DNA of 59,567 bases from an uncultured Bacilli bacterium (GTDB lineage Bacteria > Bacillota_I > Bacilli_A > RF39 > UBA660): the NCBI GenBank assembly GCA_947625635.1, contig CANQPA010000003.1:1-59567 (forward strand). Reading direction: 5' to 3'. Both the position numbers and the translations under genes were made by a program. The notes beneath the pieces were generated by a model. The model was not told the origin of the DNA. It saw only the letters and a program-made list of their open reading frames with translations, and did no database searches. Positions 48,448 through 59,150 of the stretch are shown piece after piece. Positions within the stretch are counted from its first letter, which is position 1; each line of letters opens with the position of its first letter.

Positions 48448-49563
48448 CTAACCTCCATTTACTATATCCATATACTTTTTATTTATATTACTATAATCAT
48501 TTAATAAATTATTATTTAATTTAGAAAATGGTATTACTTTAAAATTTTTACTATTATCTGCGTAAGAAAGAATTAACTCTTTATATAAATTATCAAATTT
48601 CACACCATCGCTATCTACTATTATATCGACTCCGACCATAAGACCTATTCCTTGATTAATTCCGATAGATAGCTGGTTTGATATAAAATTACCAAGCGAA
48701 TATATTACTAATGTGTCGTTCACATAAGTAACCGGTTGTACAACATGAGGATGATGCCCAATTATAAGGTTTACACCCAAACTAGATAAATATTCTGCGA
48801 TTTGTTTTTGAGACTCTGTTGGAGTATTTGTATATTCCTCACCCCAGTGCATTGACACTATTATAACGTCTACCTTATCTTTAATTTTTTCTATATCTTC
48901 TTTAGCTTTAGCGGCACTATACATATTTACTAAATAATCTTTATTCAAAGAACCATTCAAAGTAGTAGTATAAGCAAAAAATGCATATTTTATTCCATTT
49001 TGTTCATAAGTTTTTACTTTGTTTCTTTCTTCCATACTAGGATATGAGCCTGCTGTTATTACATCCTTGGTCGACCAATAGCTATTCGAATAATTAATTG
49101 CATCCTCGCCCTTATCCATAGCATGATTATTTGCTAGACTTATTAAATTAAAGCCAAGATTTACTATCTCATCGCCTATTTCATCAGGAGAATTAAAACT
49201 TGGATAGCCACTTATACCTAAAGCAGTTCCGCCTATTGTAGATTCTTGATTACAAAATTTTAAATCATATTTTTTAATTATAGGCATCACGTCTGTAAAC
49301 ATAGAATGGAAATCATATGTACCATCAGGTTGCAACGCATCCTTATAAACACTTTCATGTATTAGTACATCACCAACTGCTATCAATGACATCTTTTTTT
49401 CTTTTTCACTAACTTCCACTTCTTTATTGACTATATCATTTACTTTATCTTTACTTTTATCGACATTATTTTTACTATGATTTAACGAAATAATTACTAA
49501 AATCAAACATATAGTTATAAATACTAAAAATATTATTACTTTTTTTTTTAATCTTCTTCTCAC
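48448..49563 (-). CDS. CapA/PgsA-family metallophosphoesterase, copy 2
   Basis: Same motifs as copy 1; start moved to the GTG at 49563. Confidence 0.9.
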   Translation of the reverse strand: MRRRLKKKVIIFLVFITICLILVIISLNHSKNNVDKSKDKVNDIVNKEVEVSEKEKKMSLIAVGDVLIHESVYKDALQPDGTYDFHSMFTDVMPIIKKYDLKFCNQESTIGGTALGISGYPSFNSPDEIGDEIVNLGFNLISLANNHAMDKGEDAINYSNSYWSTKDVITAGSYPSMEERNKVKTYEQNGIKYAFFAYTTTLNGSLNKDYLVNMYSAAKAKEDIEKIKDKVDVIIVSMHWGEEYTNTPTESQKQIAEYLSSLGVNLIIGHHPHVVQPVTYVNDTLVIYSLGNFISNQLSIGINQGIGLMVGVDIIVDSDGVKFDNLYKELILSYADNSKNFKVIPFSKLNNNLLNDYSNINKKYMDIVNGG

Positions 49564-49604
49564 GTTACCACCAATATTATTATAAAACAAAAAAGAGATA
49601 AAGT

Positions 49605-51695
49605 CTATCTCTTTATTTCAAAATCGATTGTGTGATTAATCTTACTTGCAGCTTTAACTATCACTTTTAGTTCATCGCCTAATCTATATCCTCTTTTATT
49701 ATTACTACCGATAAGAGAAAATGTAGATTCATCATATACATAGTAATCATCTTTTAAATCATCTAATCTAACTAGTCCTTCAATTTTATTAGGTAATTCA
49801 ATAAACATACCAAAACTTACTACTCCTGATACTATGCCAGTGAACTCTTCTCCTATATGCTTTTCCATATACTCAGCCATTTTCATATCATCGACTTCTC
49901 TTTCACATTCAATTGACGCACGTTCACGTTCTGATGTATGTTCAGCTAAAATTGCCAATTTCTTATCCCAATAATTAATAATTTCTTTATTTAAATTTTT
50001 ATTAAACAAATATGTTCTAAGAAGTCTATGTACAGTCGTGTCTGGATACCTTCTAATTGGAGAAGTGAAATGTGTATAGCACTTACTAGCTAGTCCAAAA
50101 TGTCCTATATTATTTTTATCATATACAGCCTTTTGCATACTTCTTAAAAGAAGTGATGATAATATCGGATATTCCTTAACATTTTTTAACTCATCTAATA
50201 ACTCTTGTATTGATTTTGGAGTAATTTTTTTAGGTCTTTTTATTTTATAACCAAGTAAATTTATAAAGTTTAAAAAATTATTTATTTTTTCTTCACTAGG
50301 TTCACCATGCACACGATAAATAAAAGGATATTCCATATACGTTATATGTCGTGCAACAGTTTCGTTTGCAGCTATCATAAAGTCTTCAATTAGGTTTTCC
50401 CCTTTGCCTCTATTTCTCAACACTACATCTATAGCTTCTCCTTTTTCATTAGTTACAATTTTGGCTTCATCTATATCAAAATCGATATAACCTTTTTTTA
50501 TTTTACTATTTCTTAATGTGTTTGCAAGTTCACTCATCATTTTTAAGGAATCCACATACTTTTCATACCCAGGTGGGATTATATTATCTTCAAGTATACT
50601 ATTAACGTTCTTATAAGTCATTTGGATATTTGATCTTATAACACTCTCAAATATATCATACTCTACTACTTCACCATTTGAATCTATTTCCATACTACAA
50701 CTAATCGTAAGCCTATCTACATTTGGATTAAGAGAACAAATTCCATTTGATAATTCATGTGGAAGCATTGGTATTACTGTATTAGCTAAATATACACTCG
50801 TACCTCTCTTTTCAGCTTCATTATCAAGTGGTGTATTTTCTTTAACATAATAACTAACATCTGCAATATGCACTCCTAATTTATAGTTACCATTTTTCAA
50901 TTTATCTATAGATATAGCATCATCTATATCCTTTGTATCATCACCGTCTATTGTAAATATCATTTCATCTCGTAAATCAACTCTACCATTATACTCACTT
51001 TCTAATACATGATCTGGAATTGTTTTTAATTGTTCTGTCACTTCTTTTGGAAATTGATCTTCTATTTCATATTTAGCGGCGATACTCAATATATCTACTC
51101 CAGGATCATCAACGTGACCTAATATTTTTACTATAGCTCCTTTATATACATTACTTTCAACCCTAGTTAAAAGTCTAACAACAACCTTATGTCCACTTAC
51201 CGCACCTAAAGTTTTATCGCTATCTACTATTATACTTAAATTAACTTTTTTATCATCTAAATCTATCAAACATTTATTATTTTTAAAATATACTTTCCCA
51301 ACAAATTGTTGCAATTTTCTTTCAATAACTTTTACTATTCTACCTTCTAATTTCAATCCTTTTTTAGAAGTTATTTCCACGATTACCTCATCATTGTTAA
51401 TAGCACCATTAAGATTCTCTTGTGAAACAAAAACATCCTCATCACCTGCAATATCTACGAATCCGTAACCTTTTTTTGTAGAAAGTAAATTCCCTACTCG
51501 CAAGTTACTATTATCAAATAACATATATTTATCTTTTTTAGTTCTATATATTTTGTATTCTTGTTCTAATCTGTTTAAAATTTTCAATAATTCTTTAAGT
51601 TTCACAACATTGTCACATTCTAAAAAAGATTCTATTTCATATATATCAAGTGCTTTATTTTCTTTATTTAATAAATCTAAAATTTTATCTTCCAC
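49605..51695 (-). CDS. rnr: Ribonuclease R
   Basis: TIDG.DTKDIDDA, LIEDFMIAAN, HFTSPIRRYPD, S1 domain. Confidence 0.97.
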   Translation of the reverse strand: MEDKILDLLNKENKALDIYEIESFLECDNVVKLKELLKILNRLEQEYKIYRTKKDKYMLFDNSNLRVGNLLSTKKGYGFVDIAGDEDVFVSQENLNGAINNDEVIVEITSKKGLKLEGRIVKVIERKLQQFVGKVYFKNNKCLIDLDDKKVNLSIIVDSDKTLGAVSGHKVVVRLLTRVESNVYKGAIVKILGHVDDPGVDILSIAAKYEIEDQFPKEVTEQLKTIPDHVLESEYNGRVDLRDEMIFTIDGDDTKDIDDAISIDKLKNGNYKLGVHIADVSYYVKENTPLDNEAEKRGTSVYLANTVIPMLPHELSNGICSLNPNVDRLTISCSMEIDSNGEVVEYDIFESVIRSNIQMTYKNVNSILEDNIIPPGYEKYVDSLKMMSELANTLRNSKIKKGYIDFDIDEAKIVTNEKGEAIDVVLRNRGKGENLIEDFMIAANETVARHITYMEYPFIYRVHGEPSEEKINNFLNFINLLGYKIKRPKKITPKSIQELLDELKNVKEYPILSSLLLRSMQKAVYDKNNIGHFGLASKCYTHFTSPIRRYPDTTVHRLLRTYLFNKNLNKEIINYWDKKLAILAEHTSERERASIECEREVDDMKMAEYMEKHIGEEFTGIVSGVVSFGMFIELPNKIEGLVRLDDLKDDYYVYDESTFSLIGSNNKRGYRLGDELKVIVKAASKINHTIDFEIKR

Positions 51696-51784
51696 ATTAT
51701 CACCAATTATATTATAATTTATTTCATATTATCGTTTCAAGTATTTTATATGATTTTATTTTAAAAAGTGTAAAGAAAAAGGAA

Positions 51785-52888
51785 TTATAAATCAATAATT
51801 CCACACCCATTTACAGTGAATCCCATTTTATCAAGTACAAATACTATTATTAAAGGTATTATGAACGTAAGAGCAGCAGCAATTAATCTTTTTATAAATC
51901 TCGCTTGTGCCTTTTTCATTTCATCATCTTTATCAGAAGCAATAGCTCGTATGAAGTCAATAATACCGAATATAATTACTGCGACTGGTATAATATATTT
52001 TATCCAATTAAAAATATTTCTAATCCATATAGCCAGTCTATTTGAAAATGAACAAGTATCTTTTAAATTATTGGTTTCTATGTAACTATCTTTCAATAAT
52101 TTCAAAGCTTCATATTCATTCAAACAACTTTGGATACAGCCATCTTCTACACTATAGTTTTGATTTGAAACTATATTTCTACAAGTATCTTTTAGTATAT
52201 CAATTTTTCTATTAACCTCAGAAAGTGCTTTACTTCTACAAATAGAAATTTTAGAATTATCAGTTGAATTTTTTTCACAATCACCATATGAAACATATGA
52301 TTTTGCAACGTCTACAAGCATTTCATTAAATTTTGCACAATAACTTATAAAATTTTCTTTGTTTTGCTCAAAATATTCATCAGTTACTTCTTTTCTGTCT
52401 TTTCTTGTTATAGGATAAATACGACAATCAACAGATTTACTAGTTACACTTCTCCAAATTTGTGAAAGCATACCATACTTATCATGAGATGTATCAAATG
52501 TGTCTACACCATTAATATTTATGGTTTGAGGATCCATTGTCGAACCAAACACCCCTAAACGTCCACCAACGATTCCTCCACTTTTACAAACCAAAATATT
52601 AGTTAAACATTGATTAGTATTTTCAAATATATTAGAACCAATATAAAAATCCTTATCTCCATCGAAGGAATATAGCGTTCCTCCATTATAACTACTACTT
52701 ACAGCGATCCTTGTTTCCTGACCGTCCGATTGCTCTTCCTTAACTTCATCTACATTTATAATTATGCTACCGGAACCTGTGCCAAGATGTTCTTCTAATG
52801 AATATTCACATGTTGAAGCTTCTGCTACATTAATTTGTATAAATCCTAAAACAATAGCAAAAAAACATATTAATAATTTTTTTTTCAT
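51785..52888 (-). CDS. Secreted Cys-rich protein with a C-terminal VirB2/TrbC-like pilin hairpin
   Basis: Signal peptide (AEA), Cys-rich body, WIKYIIPV...DFIRAIAS.KDDEMKKAQ.RFIKRLIAA.L.FIIP. Confidence 0.72.
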   Translation of the reverse strand: MKKKLLICFFAIVLGFIQINVAEASTCEYSLEEHLGTGSGSIIINVDEVKEEQSDGQETRIAVSSSYNGGTLYSFDGDKDFYIGSNIFENTNQCLTNILVCKSGGIVGGRLGVFGSTMDPQTININGVDTFDTSHDKYGMLSQIWRSVTSKSVDCRIYPITRKDRKEVTDEYFEQNKENFISYCAKFNEMLVDVAKSYVSYGDCEKNSTDNSKISICRSKALSEVNRKIDILKDTCRNIVSNQNYSVEDGCIQSCLNEYEALKLLKDSYIETNNLKDTCSFSNRLAIWIRNIFNWIKYIIPVAVIIFGIIDFIRAIASDKDDEMKKAQARFIKRLIAAALTFIIPLIIVFVLDKMGFTVNGCGIIDL

Positions 52889-52909
52889 ATAAAACTCCTT
52901 TTTCAATTG

Positions 52910-53932
52910 TTATCGTGTTTTAATATAATCAATAGGAGGATTTAAAATATTTGAACCAAAATTTTTTGTTATATCATAAATCTTAATAACTTTATCCCTT
53001 AAGGCATACTTATTATTTTTAAATAATTTAACTTTTCTTACCTGTTTTTCTCTCTTAGAAAGTAATTTTGATAATCTATTTTGATATATTTTTAATTTTG
53101 AAATATTATACACAGTATGTTCTTTATCACTTAAATTTTCAATACTACTTTCCGTATCAGATATTTTTTTGTATATTTTAAACAACTTGTCCTCTTTGTC
53201 ATAATTTTCTAATTTATCTTGTATTTTTACTAACTCTGTTTGTGCCCTTTCTAGTTGGGTATGTAAAGCACTTAATCTCAATGAATATATAGCTGTTTCA
53301 AAAGATAAAGGATTACTATTTTCTCTAATTGCTATTAGTTGTTTCAATAATTCTATTTGATTTTCATATCTTAAATATGCTATTTTCAAATCATAATTAT
53401 TAGTATGATTATTAAGTAAAACATCAATTTTATTTTCTAAAATTAAATTAAATTCCTTAATTAATTCTGATTCTGAAGTTTTTACTTCACCAATACTAGA
53501 TGATTGTGAAGAACCATATAATTTTGCTTTTCTAATTTTTTCTGCTACATATCCAGTAGTAGAAGCAACTAAGTATATAGTAGAATTGACTATTTTTTTT
53601 ACATTTTTTTTAATATTTGTTATATCTACGCCCTTTTTATATGATAATGGCTCATGATAATAAGAAGAATCTGAATATATATTTCTATTTTTTATAAAAT
53701 TTTCTAAATATGAATCGTATCTTTTCTTTTCTTCTTTATCAGATAATTTTCTATATGCATCTTTGATTTTCTCTCTCTCATAATCATTTGTCGTTTCCTT
53801 TAATCTCTTGTTTGCCATATACTTTAGATCATCAAAATTTATTGTTTTTAGATAATTTAAATCATCAATAGTAAAATCCGTTGTTTTTCCATAACCCAAC
53901 ACTTCATAATAATTTTTATCATTATAATCCAT
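52910..53932 (-). CDS. Hypothetical coiled-coil protein with a degenerate N-terminal J-domain
   Basis: NYYEVLG...KIKDAYRKLSD..KK.RYD, no HPD; start moved to 53932. Confidence 0.65.
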   Translation of the reverse strand: MDYNDKNYYEVLGYGKTTDFTIDDLNYLKTINFDDLKYMANKRLKETTNDYEREKIKDAYRKLSDKEEKKRYDSYLENFIKNRNIYSDSSYYHEPLSYKKGVDITNIKKNVKKIVNSTIYLVASTTGYVAEKIRKAKLYGSSQSSSIGEVKTSESELIKEFNLILENKIDVLLNNHTNNYDLKIAYLRYENQIELLKQLIAIRENSNPLSFETAIYSLRLSALHTQLERAQTELVKIQDKLENYDKEDKLFKIYKKISDTESSIENLSDKEHTVYNISKLKIYQNRLSKLLSKREKQVRKVKLFKNNKYALRDKVIKIYDITKNFGSNILNPPIDYIKTR

Positions 53933-53986
53933 AATTAATTCCTCACTTACAAGCACAATTATACCACATTTTTTTAACAAATTAAA

Positions 53987-54577
53987 CTATAATTGTTGTA
54001 CAAATTTTTTTATTATCAAATTACAATTTTCTGTATATTCGAAATAATAACAAAAAGAAACTAATATTGACCCCAAAAGTGCAACTATAATGTCACCCAT
54101 AGTGTCACTAACACCAGTTAATATAACCCTTTGTGGATCAACATTGAAATAATAACTTGAAAGATATTCAAATATTTCCCAAAGTGATGCAATCAACATA
54201 GAAAAAGAAATTAAAAATATTATATTGAAAATCACTTTATTATTAATTTTCAACTTTACAAGTATATATATAGCAACAAAACTTGTTACAATACCTGAAA
54301 TAAAGTGTGTAAATTTATCAAACCAATAAATTGAATTATATAACTCACAAATAACTCCAAGAAAATGTGACATAAATATGAACAATATATATATAAAATT
54401 TATACCCTCGTTTATTCTTACTTTAAAAATTTTCTGAATTATATATAATAAATTTATTGTAAAAATTATTGAAATATCCTTTAAAACAAAAATTATATTT
54501 TCATCTTTTGTTATAGCAAAATACAAACTACCTATAGTTGAAAATATTATCAATAAAAAATTAATTTTCTTTATCAT
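53987..54577 (-). CDS. Membrane protein (DUF2238/YjdF-like)
   Basis: WFDKFTHF.SG, WEIFEY, DTMGDI. Confidence 0.7.
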   Translation of the reverse strand: MIKKINFLLIIFSTIGSLYFAITKDENIIFVLKDISIIFTINLLYIIQKIFKVRINEGINFIYILFIFMSHFLGVICELYNSIYWFDKFTHFISGIVTSFVAIYILVKLKINNKVIFNIIFLISFSMLIASLWEIFEYLSSYYFNVDPQRVILTGVSDTMGDIIVALLGSILVSFCYYFEYTENCNLIIKKFVQQL

Positions 54578-55628
54578 CCAATTCTCCCATTTCTACTTGA
54601 TTAATACTGTTAAATCTATTTGTTATCTTTGTTGTTGTTGTATGTATATCTTTTACATCTTTACTTACAGTCTCTATACTCCTGTAAAGTTTATCCCATC
54701 TATCTTTATATCTTTTAAATTCTTCATCAAGTAATCTTAATTCAGTATGTATTATACGAGCGTATTTATCTCTTTCTATATTTTTTATTATTATTTGTAT
54801 TGTAGTTAATGTACTTATAAGTGTTGTTGGGCTCGTTATCCAAACTCTCTTCTTATAAGCATATTCTAATATATCAGTAAAATATGCGTTAATTTCTGCA
54901 AATATAGCCTCTGCTGGTAAAAATAGTATTGCTTGATCACTCGTCACTCCTGGTATTATATATTTACTACTTATTGTATCTATATGTTTTTTCATATCAG
55001 ACTTAAACATTTTTTCTGACTGATTTCTTATATCTAAGCTATTGTTTTTATCAACCATCATTTGATAATTTTCTAATGGAAATTTAGAATCAATTGCTAT
55101 AGTTCCAAGAGGTTCTGGAGCAAAAAGAACTGCGTCAGCTATTGTACCATTATTAAATCCATACTGCATTTGATATATTTTTTTATTATTTTTGCCGAAT
55201 ACATTTGAAAGTATATGTTCTAAATTAACTTCACCATATATTCCTCTAGTTTTTTTATCTGTCAATATTCCCTGTAAAGAAACTATATCACCAGATATTG
55301 TATCAATTTTTTTCTGTGCTTCATCAATTTTTGATAATCTTTGAAGTACGTCTGTAAAAGTTTTATTCGTTTTTTCAAAATTTTCATCTAATCTTTCATT
55401 TACTTTATCATTTATAATTCTTAATCTATTATCAAGTCTTTCAGTTTGATTATTAAAATCCGCAGTCAAACTACGCGAAAAATCAGTTTTAAAATCACTT
55501 ATTTCTTTTATCACATTTATTTCTAATCTGTTTATCTTGTCTCCCGTATTTTCACTATTTTTTTTAACTAATATTATAATTAGTAATATTAATATTATTA
55601 TCAATACACTAAGTATTATATATTCCAT
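54561..55628 (-). CDS. rmuC: DNA recombination protein RmuC
   Basis: K.RG.YGE..L, IDSKFPLE, FLPAEA.F, SPTTL. Confidence 0.93.
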   Translation of the reverse strand: MEYIILSVLIIILILLIIILVKKNSENTGDKINRLEINVIKEISDFKTDFSRSLTADFNNQTERLDNRLRIINDKVNERLDENFEKTNKTFTDVLQRLSKIDEAQKKIDTISGDIVSLQGILTDKKTRGIYGEVNLEHILSNVFGKNNKKIYQMQYGFNNGTIADAVLFAPEPLGTIAIDSKFPLENYQMMVDKNNSLDIRNQSEKMFKSDMKKHIDTISSKYIIPGVTSDQAILFLPAEAIFAEINAYFTDILEYAYKKRVWITSPTTLISTLTTIQIIIKNIERDKYARIIHTELRLLDEEFKRYKDRWDKLYRSIETVSKDVKDIHTTTTKITNRFNSINQVEMGELDDKEN

Positions 55629-55684
55629 ACTTATCACCATATATATTATATCATGAAAATGAAAAAATAAGATAAATTAATATC

Positions 55685-55972
55685 TTATTCGTTCAAAATC
55701 CATGCTTCATAACCACCTGTTACATTTGCAACATTATACCCATTGTTTTGTAAAATTTGACATAATCTTCTACTTTGTATTCCTTTTTGACAATAAATAT
55801 AATATTTTTCATTTTTATTTAAGTACTTATCAAAACTTAATAATAATTGTTCCATTGGTATATTTTTTGCATTCATTATATGTTTATCATTATATTTTTC
55901 TATACTTCTTATATCTATTAAATTTACGTTACCTAATTTTTTTAATTCAGTTACAGAAATACTATTTATCAT
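55685..55972 (-). CDS. Rhodanese-like protein
   Basis: LIDIR, HI..A.NIP, YCQKGIQS, GGY.AW. Confidence 0.88.
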   Translation of the reverse strand: MINSISVTELKKLGNVNLIDIRSIEKYNDKHIMNAKNIPMEQLLLSFDKYLNKNEKYYIYCQKGIQSRRLCQILQNNGYNVANVTGGYEAWILNE

Positions 55973-56027
55973 ATAACCACCCTAATACATTATATGTATT
56001 CAATAGTATTTTATAGAGTTAAAAAGT

Positions 56028-58133
56028 TTATTCATCTGAAAAAAAGTCATCGAAGAACTGATCGTCAGTTATTCCATTTTTATTCTTTTTTTCTTCCTCG
56101 TATCTTTCAAATTCGCTATTTAATTTTGATTTTTCATCATCTTCTTCAATAGCCGATTTTTCAATTTTTGCCTCTTTAATAGATTCTTTTTCATTTTTTT
56201 CTAATTTAGCTTTTTCTTGTCTTTCTTCTTCCTCAAGTTCTGCAATCTTAGCATCTATTCTTTTTACTAAATCATCAACATTAAAGCCTCCATTATTACC
56301 TGCAGATTTTGAAATTTCAGAAAAAGGATTATATGCATTCTCAGGCATAAAAGGTGGTACTTTAGGCATCTCGTATCCGCCTAAGGATTCCCCGCCTAAC
56401 ATATTATTAATCTTTTCCTCTCTTTTTTTATTCACAAAAGCTTTTAAATCAAATGTTTTTACAGGTTGTTTTTCTCTATGAGGATATGAAGCTTTAGGGA
56501 AATTATGCCCCCAGTTCATCTGAAAATTAGGAGTTAATTTTGTCTTAAAAGGCATAGTTCTTAATCTCAAAATAATTGTTTCCCATTGGCTTAATCTTTG
56601 AAGATCACTTACAGTAACTAATGGTGTTGAAGAAGTTTTTTCTTTTTCTTTTGATTTAACTTCACCACACATTTTACTTATCTCTTCGAGTGCAGAAAGT
56701 TCCGTACTTATTAGATAAACAATATTACCACAGTTTCCTTTTATAGTTTCTCCATTTTCTTTACCATAAACTTCATTAAGTTGAGCAAAGTTTTGAATTA
56801 TAAAAGTAAATCTAATATTTCTTGAACGAGCAGCTGTAACCATAGTAGTTACATCTTTTAAAGGTGGCATATTAGCAAACTCATCCAATATAAAATTAGT
56901 CCTATGCGGTAATTTTCCACCAGATTCTTGAGCAACTGAAATTAAAGTTTCATAACACTGCTTTAAAAAAATTGTAACAAGGGAATGATATGTTGTTTTT
57001 TCATCCTGTATAACTATAAACACAGCCGTCTTTTTTCTACCTATATCCCTCATATCGAAATCGTTATTAGACAGCATTTCAGATAAATTAGCACGAGATG
57101 CAAACAACTGTATTTTTTGCTTAAATACAGATAATATACTTCCCTTTGTTTCGCTTGGAGCCATTAAGGTGGAAGAAGCTTTCGTATATGCTGTTCCAGC
57201 TGGATCCTTATAACTAAAATAATCTTTTACATATGTAGTGTTAGCTAATTTTTCTTCGCCAACGGTTGTCATTAAACTTATAGAATTTAAATTTATTTCT
57301 GATGGATCAGCATCTTCAAAAAGTGCACAAGCTAACCCTGCAAAATAATCTGCAGATGTATTTTCCCAGAAAGGGTCTTGTCCTTTCGCACTTGGATCAT
57401 GAAGAATATTTGCAGCTAAATCCTCAAGTAACTCAACTGATTTATCTATATTTCCATCTTTATATAATGAATATGGTAAATACATAGGATTCCAAGCATT
57501 CCCTTGCTGTGGATCACGGAAATTTAATAAAACAATATTATAACCTAAACTCTTCAAATAATTAGAAGTTTGCTCATATATTTCTCCCTTAGGGTCTGTG
57601 ATAATCATAGACTCATCGTGTTTAGCCAGTAAATTTACCATAGGTAATACTGTTGTTTGAGTTTTTCCTGCACCGGTAGAACCTATAACCAAATTATGAT
57701 ATCCACCATTATCAACCCATACTTTTTTAGGATTCATAATTAATGGAATTCCAGCAGCATCGGCCTTAGGAGCCAAAGGGTCTACTTCCCTAACATCTAA
57801 ACCATTCTGAACTTCTTTTTCTTTAGCCCATCTAGAATAATTTTTTTCTTTTTTTTGCCCAATAGAAATACCTATTCCTGTTGCATCCTCTTCCTTTTCT
57901 AAAAATATTGATTTAACGCCAGCAAAAACGGCTACAAGGCCAGCCAAAAAAAATACTATTGTAGCGGCTATATTTTGTGGAAAAAAGGCCAGAAACAAAT
58001 TAAAAGTAAAAGATTCCCCTTTTATAAACTGAGATACATTTGATACTGCAAAAGCAACTACTATTAACCAAACTACTGCAAATATACAAAATATTAATAC
58101 ATCTTTAGCTTCTGCTTTAAATCTTAACTTCAT
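56028..58133 (-). CDS. virD4: VirD4/TraG-family type IV coupling protein
   Basis: Two N-terminal TMs, HNLVIGSTGAGKT, ITDPKGE, DPFWE, ILDEFAN, ARSR, QN.AQL..VYG; acidic C-terminal tail. Confidence 0.92.
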   Translation of the reverse strand: MKLRFKAEAKDVLIFCIFAVVWLIVVAFAVSNVSQFIKGESFTFNLFLAFFPQNIAATIVFFLAGLVAVFAGVKSIFLEKEEDATGIGISIGQKKEKNYSRWAKEKEVQNGLDVREVDPLAPKADAAGIPLIMNPKKVWVDNGGYHNLVIGSTGAGKTQTTVLPMVNLLAKHDESMIITDPKGEIYEQTSNYLKSLGYNIVLLNFRDPQQGNAWNPMYLPYSLYKDGNIDKSVELLEDLAANILHDPSAKGQDPFWENTSADYFAGLACALFEDADPSEINLNSISLMTTVGEEKLANTTYVKDYFSYKDPAGTAYTKASSTLMAPSETKGSILSVFKQKIQLFASRANLSEMLSNNDFDMRDIGRKKTAVFIVIQDEKTTYHSLVTIFLKQCYETLISVAQESGGKLPHRTNFILDEFANMPPLKDVTTMVTAARSRNIRFTFIIQNFAQLNEVYGKENGETIKGNCGNIVYLISTELSALEEISKMCGEVKSKEKEKTSSTPLVTVSDLQRLSQWETIILRLRTMPFKTKLTPNFQMNWGHNFPKASYPHREKQPVKTFDLKAFVNKKREEKINNMLGGESLGGYEMPKVPPFMPENAYNPFSEISKSAGNNGGFNVDDLVKRIDAKIAELEEEERQEKAKLEKNEKESIKEAKIEKSAIEEDDEKSKLNSEFERYEEEKKNKNGITDDQFFDDFFSDE

Positions 58134-58142
58134 TATTATCAC

Positions 58143-58613
58143 CTATATTTCTACTGTATAATCATCTAAATATAATTCATATTGCATAACACCTTTGGTT
58201 TTAAATATATATATATTTTCATATTGATCATACACTCCAAATATTATATATTCATCTGCAGCCTGTTTATAATATCTAGATAATGTATATGTATTATTAC
58301 CTAAAGAATTTATATAATCTATATAATTTTGTTTATTACCAAATTTTTTGTTTCTATACTCTTCAGCTAGCAAATTATAAGCTTTATTCGGGTCATTGTG
58401 CATCGTATATATATAATCATTTAAATATATTCTTGCCATAGCCTCATCAGATATATAAGTAGCTATATACTCATTAACTTTATAATCTTTCAAATATTCA
58501 TCATATTCTTCTTCATCCTTAGGGGTTAAACTTCTTAATAAGAAATATAAAATTAAAAGCCCTACTAACACTATAATGACAATTAATATATCTTTTATTG
58601 TTTTTTTATTCAT
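58143..58613 (-). CDS. Single-TM hypothetical protein in the virD4 operon
   Basis: N-terminal TM, AYNLL...Y motif; start moved to 58613. Confidence 0.7.
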   Translation of the reverse strand: MNKKTIKDILIVIIVLVGLLILYFLLRSLTPKDEEEYDEYLKDYKVNEYIATYISDEAMARIYLNDYIYTMHNDPNKAYNLLAEEYRNKKFGNKQNYIDYINSLGNNTYTLSRYYKQAADEYIIFGVYDQYENIYIFKTKGVMQYELYLDDYTVEI

Positions 58614-59124
58614 CTTCTTCACCATCCGTAAATATTTTGCCAGAATATGGTTCAACTGAAAAAGTTTTACTAGTGGAATCTAAGTAAACAATAAAATAAA
58701 CATCTTTATTTTCATAATTATCAACTGTACCATTTTCATATAGAAGATTTTTTTCAATATTTCCATATACATAATACTTAGTAATATTATTATTCAATTT
58801 TTCGTAATACATTTTTTTAGATGTAAATGTCGAATCAGAATCAACTCGAGGTAAGAACTCCATAACATTTTCAATTGTTACTTTTTGATTTTTTTTATAA
58901 TTGTCATCTAAAACGAGAATCAAACTTTCTCTATCATTGGACGATAAATATGTAATAAATCTATATAAACAAGAATTAACCGTATAAAAATTACTATAAT
59001 TAGTTACAATACTTATCTCATTTTCATTTATTTTATCATTTTTATTATAAAATGATGTAACAATAACAACGATTATTACTAATACAACCAATATAATAGC
59101 AGTTAATTTAGATTTATCTTTCAT
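58606..59124 (-). CDS. Single-TM hypothetical protein in the virD4 operon
   Basis: N-terminal TM, L..VLD.NY motif; overlaps the next gene by 8 bp. Confidence 0.7.
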   Translation of the reverse strand: MKDKSKLTAIILVVLVIIVVIVTSFYNKNDKINENEISIVTNYSNFYTVNSCLYRFITYLSSNDRESLILVLDDNYKKNQKVTIENVMEFLPRVDSDSTFTSKKMYYEKLNNNITKYYVYGNIEKNLLYENGTVDNYENKDVYFIVYLDSTSKTFSVEPYSGKIFTDGEEDE

Positions 59125-59150
59125 AAAAAAATCCCCTCACTTTATTTTTA

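Noticed and set aside
633-57487. Many 60-180 aa ORFs antisense to, or nested in, long genes (e.g. 5306-5833, 27551-28099, 40110-40427, 43078-43374)
   Set aside because: They overlap well-recognised genes and show no recognisable motifs; they are shadow ORFs.
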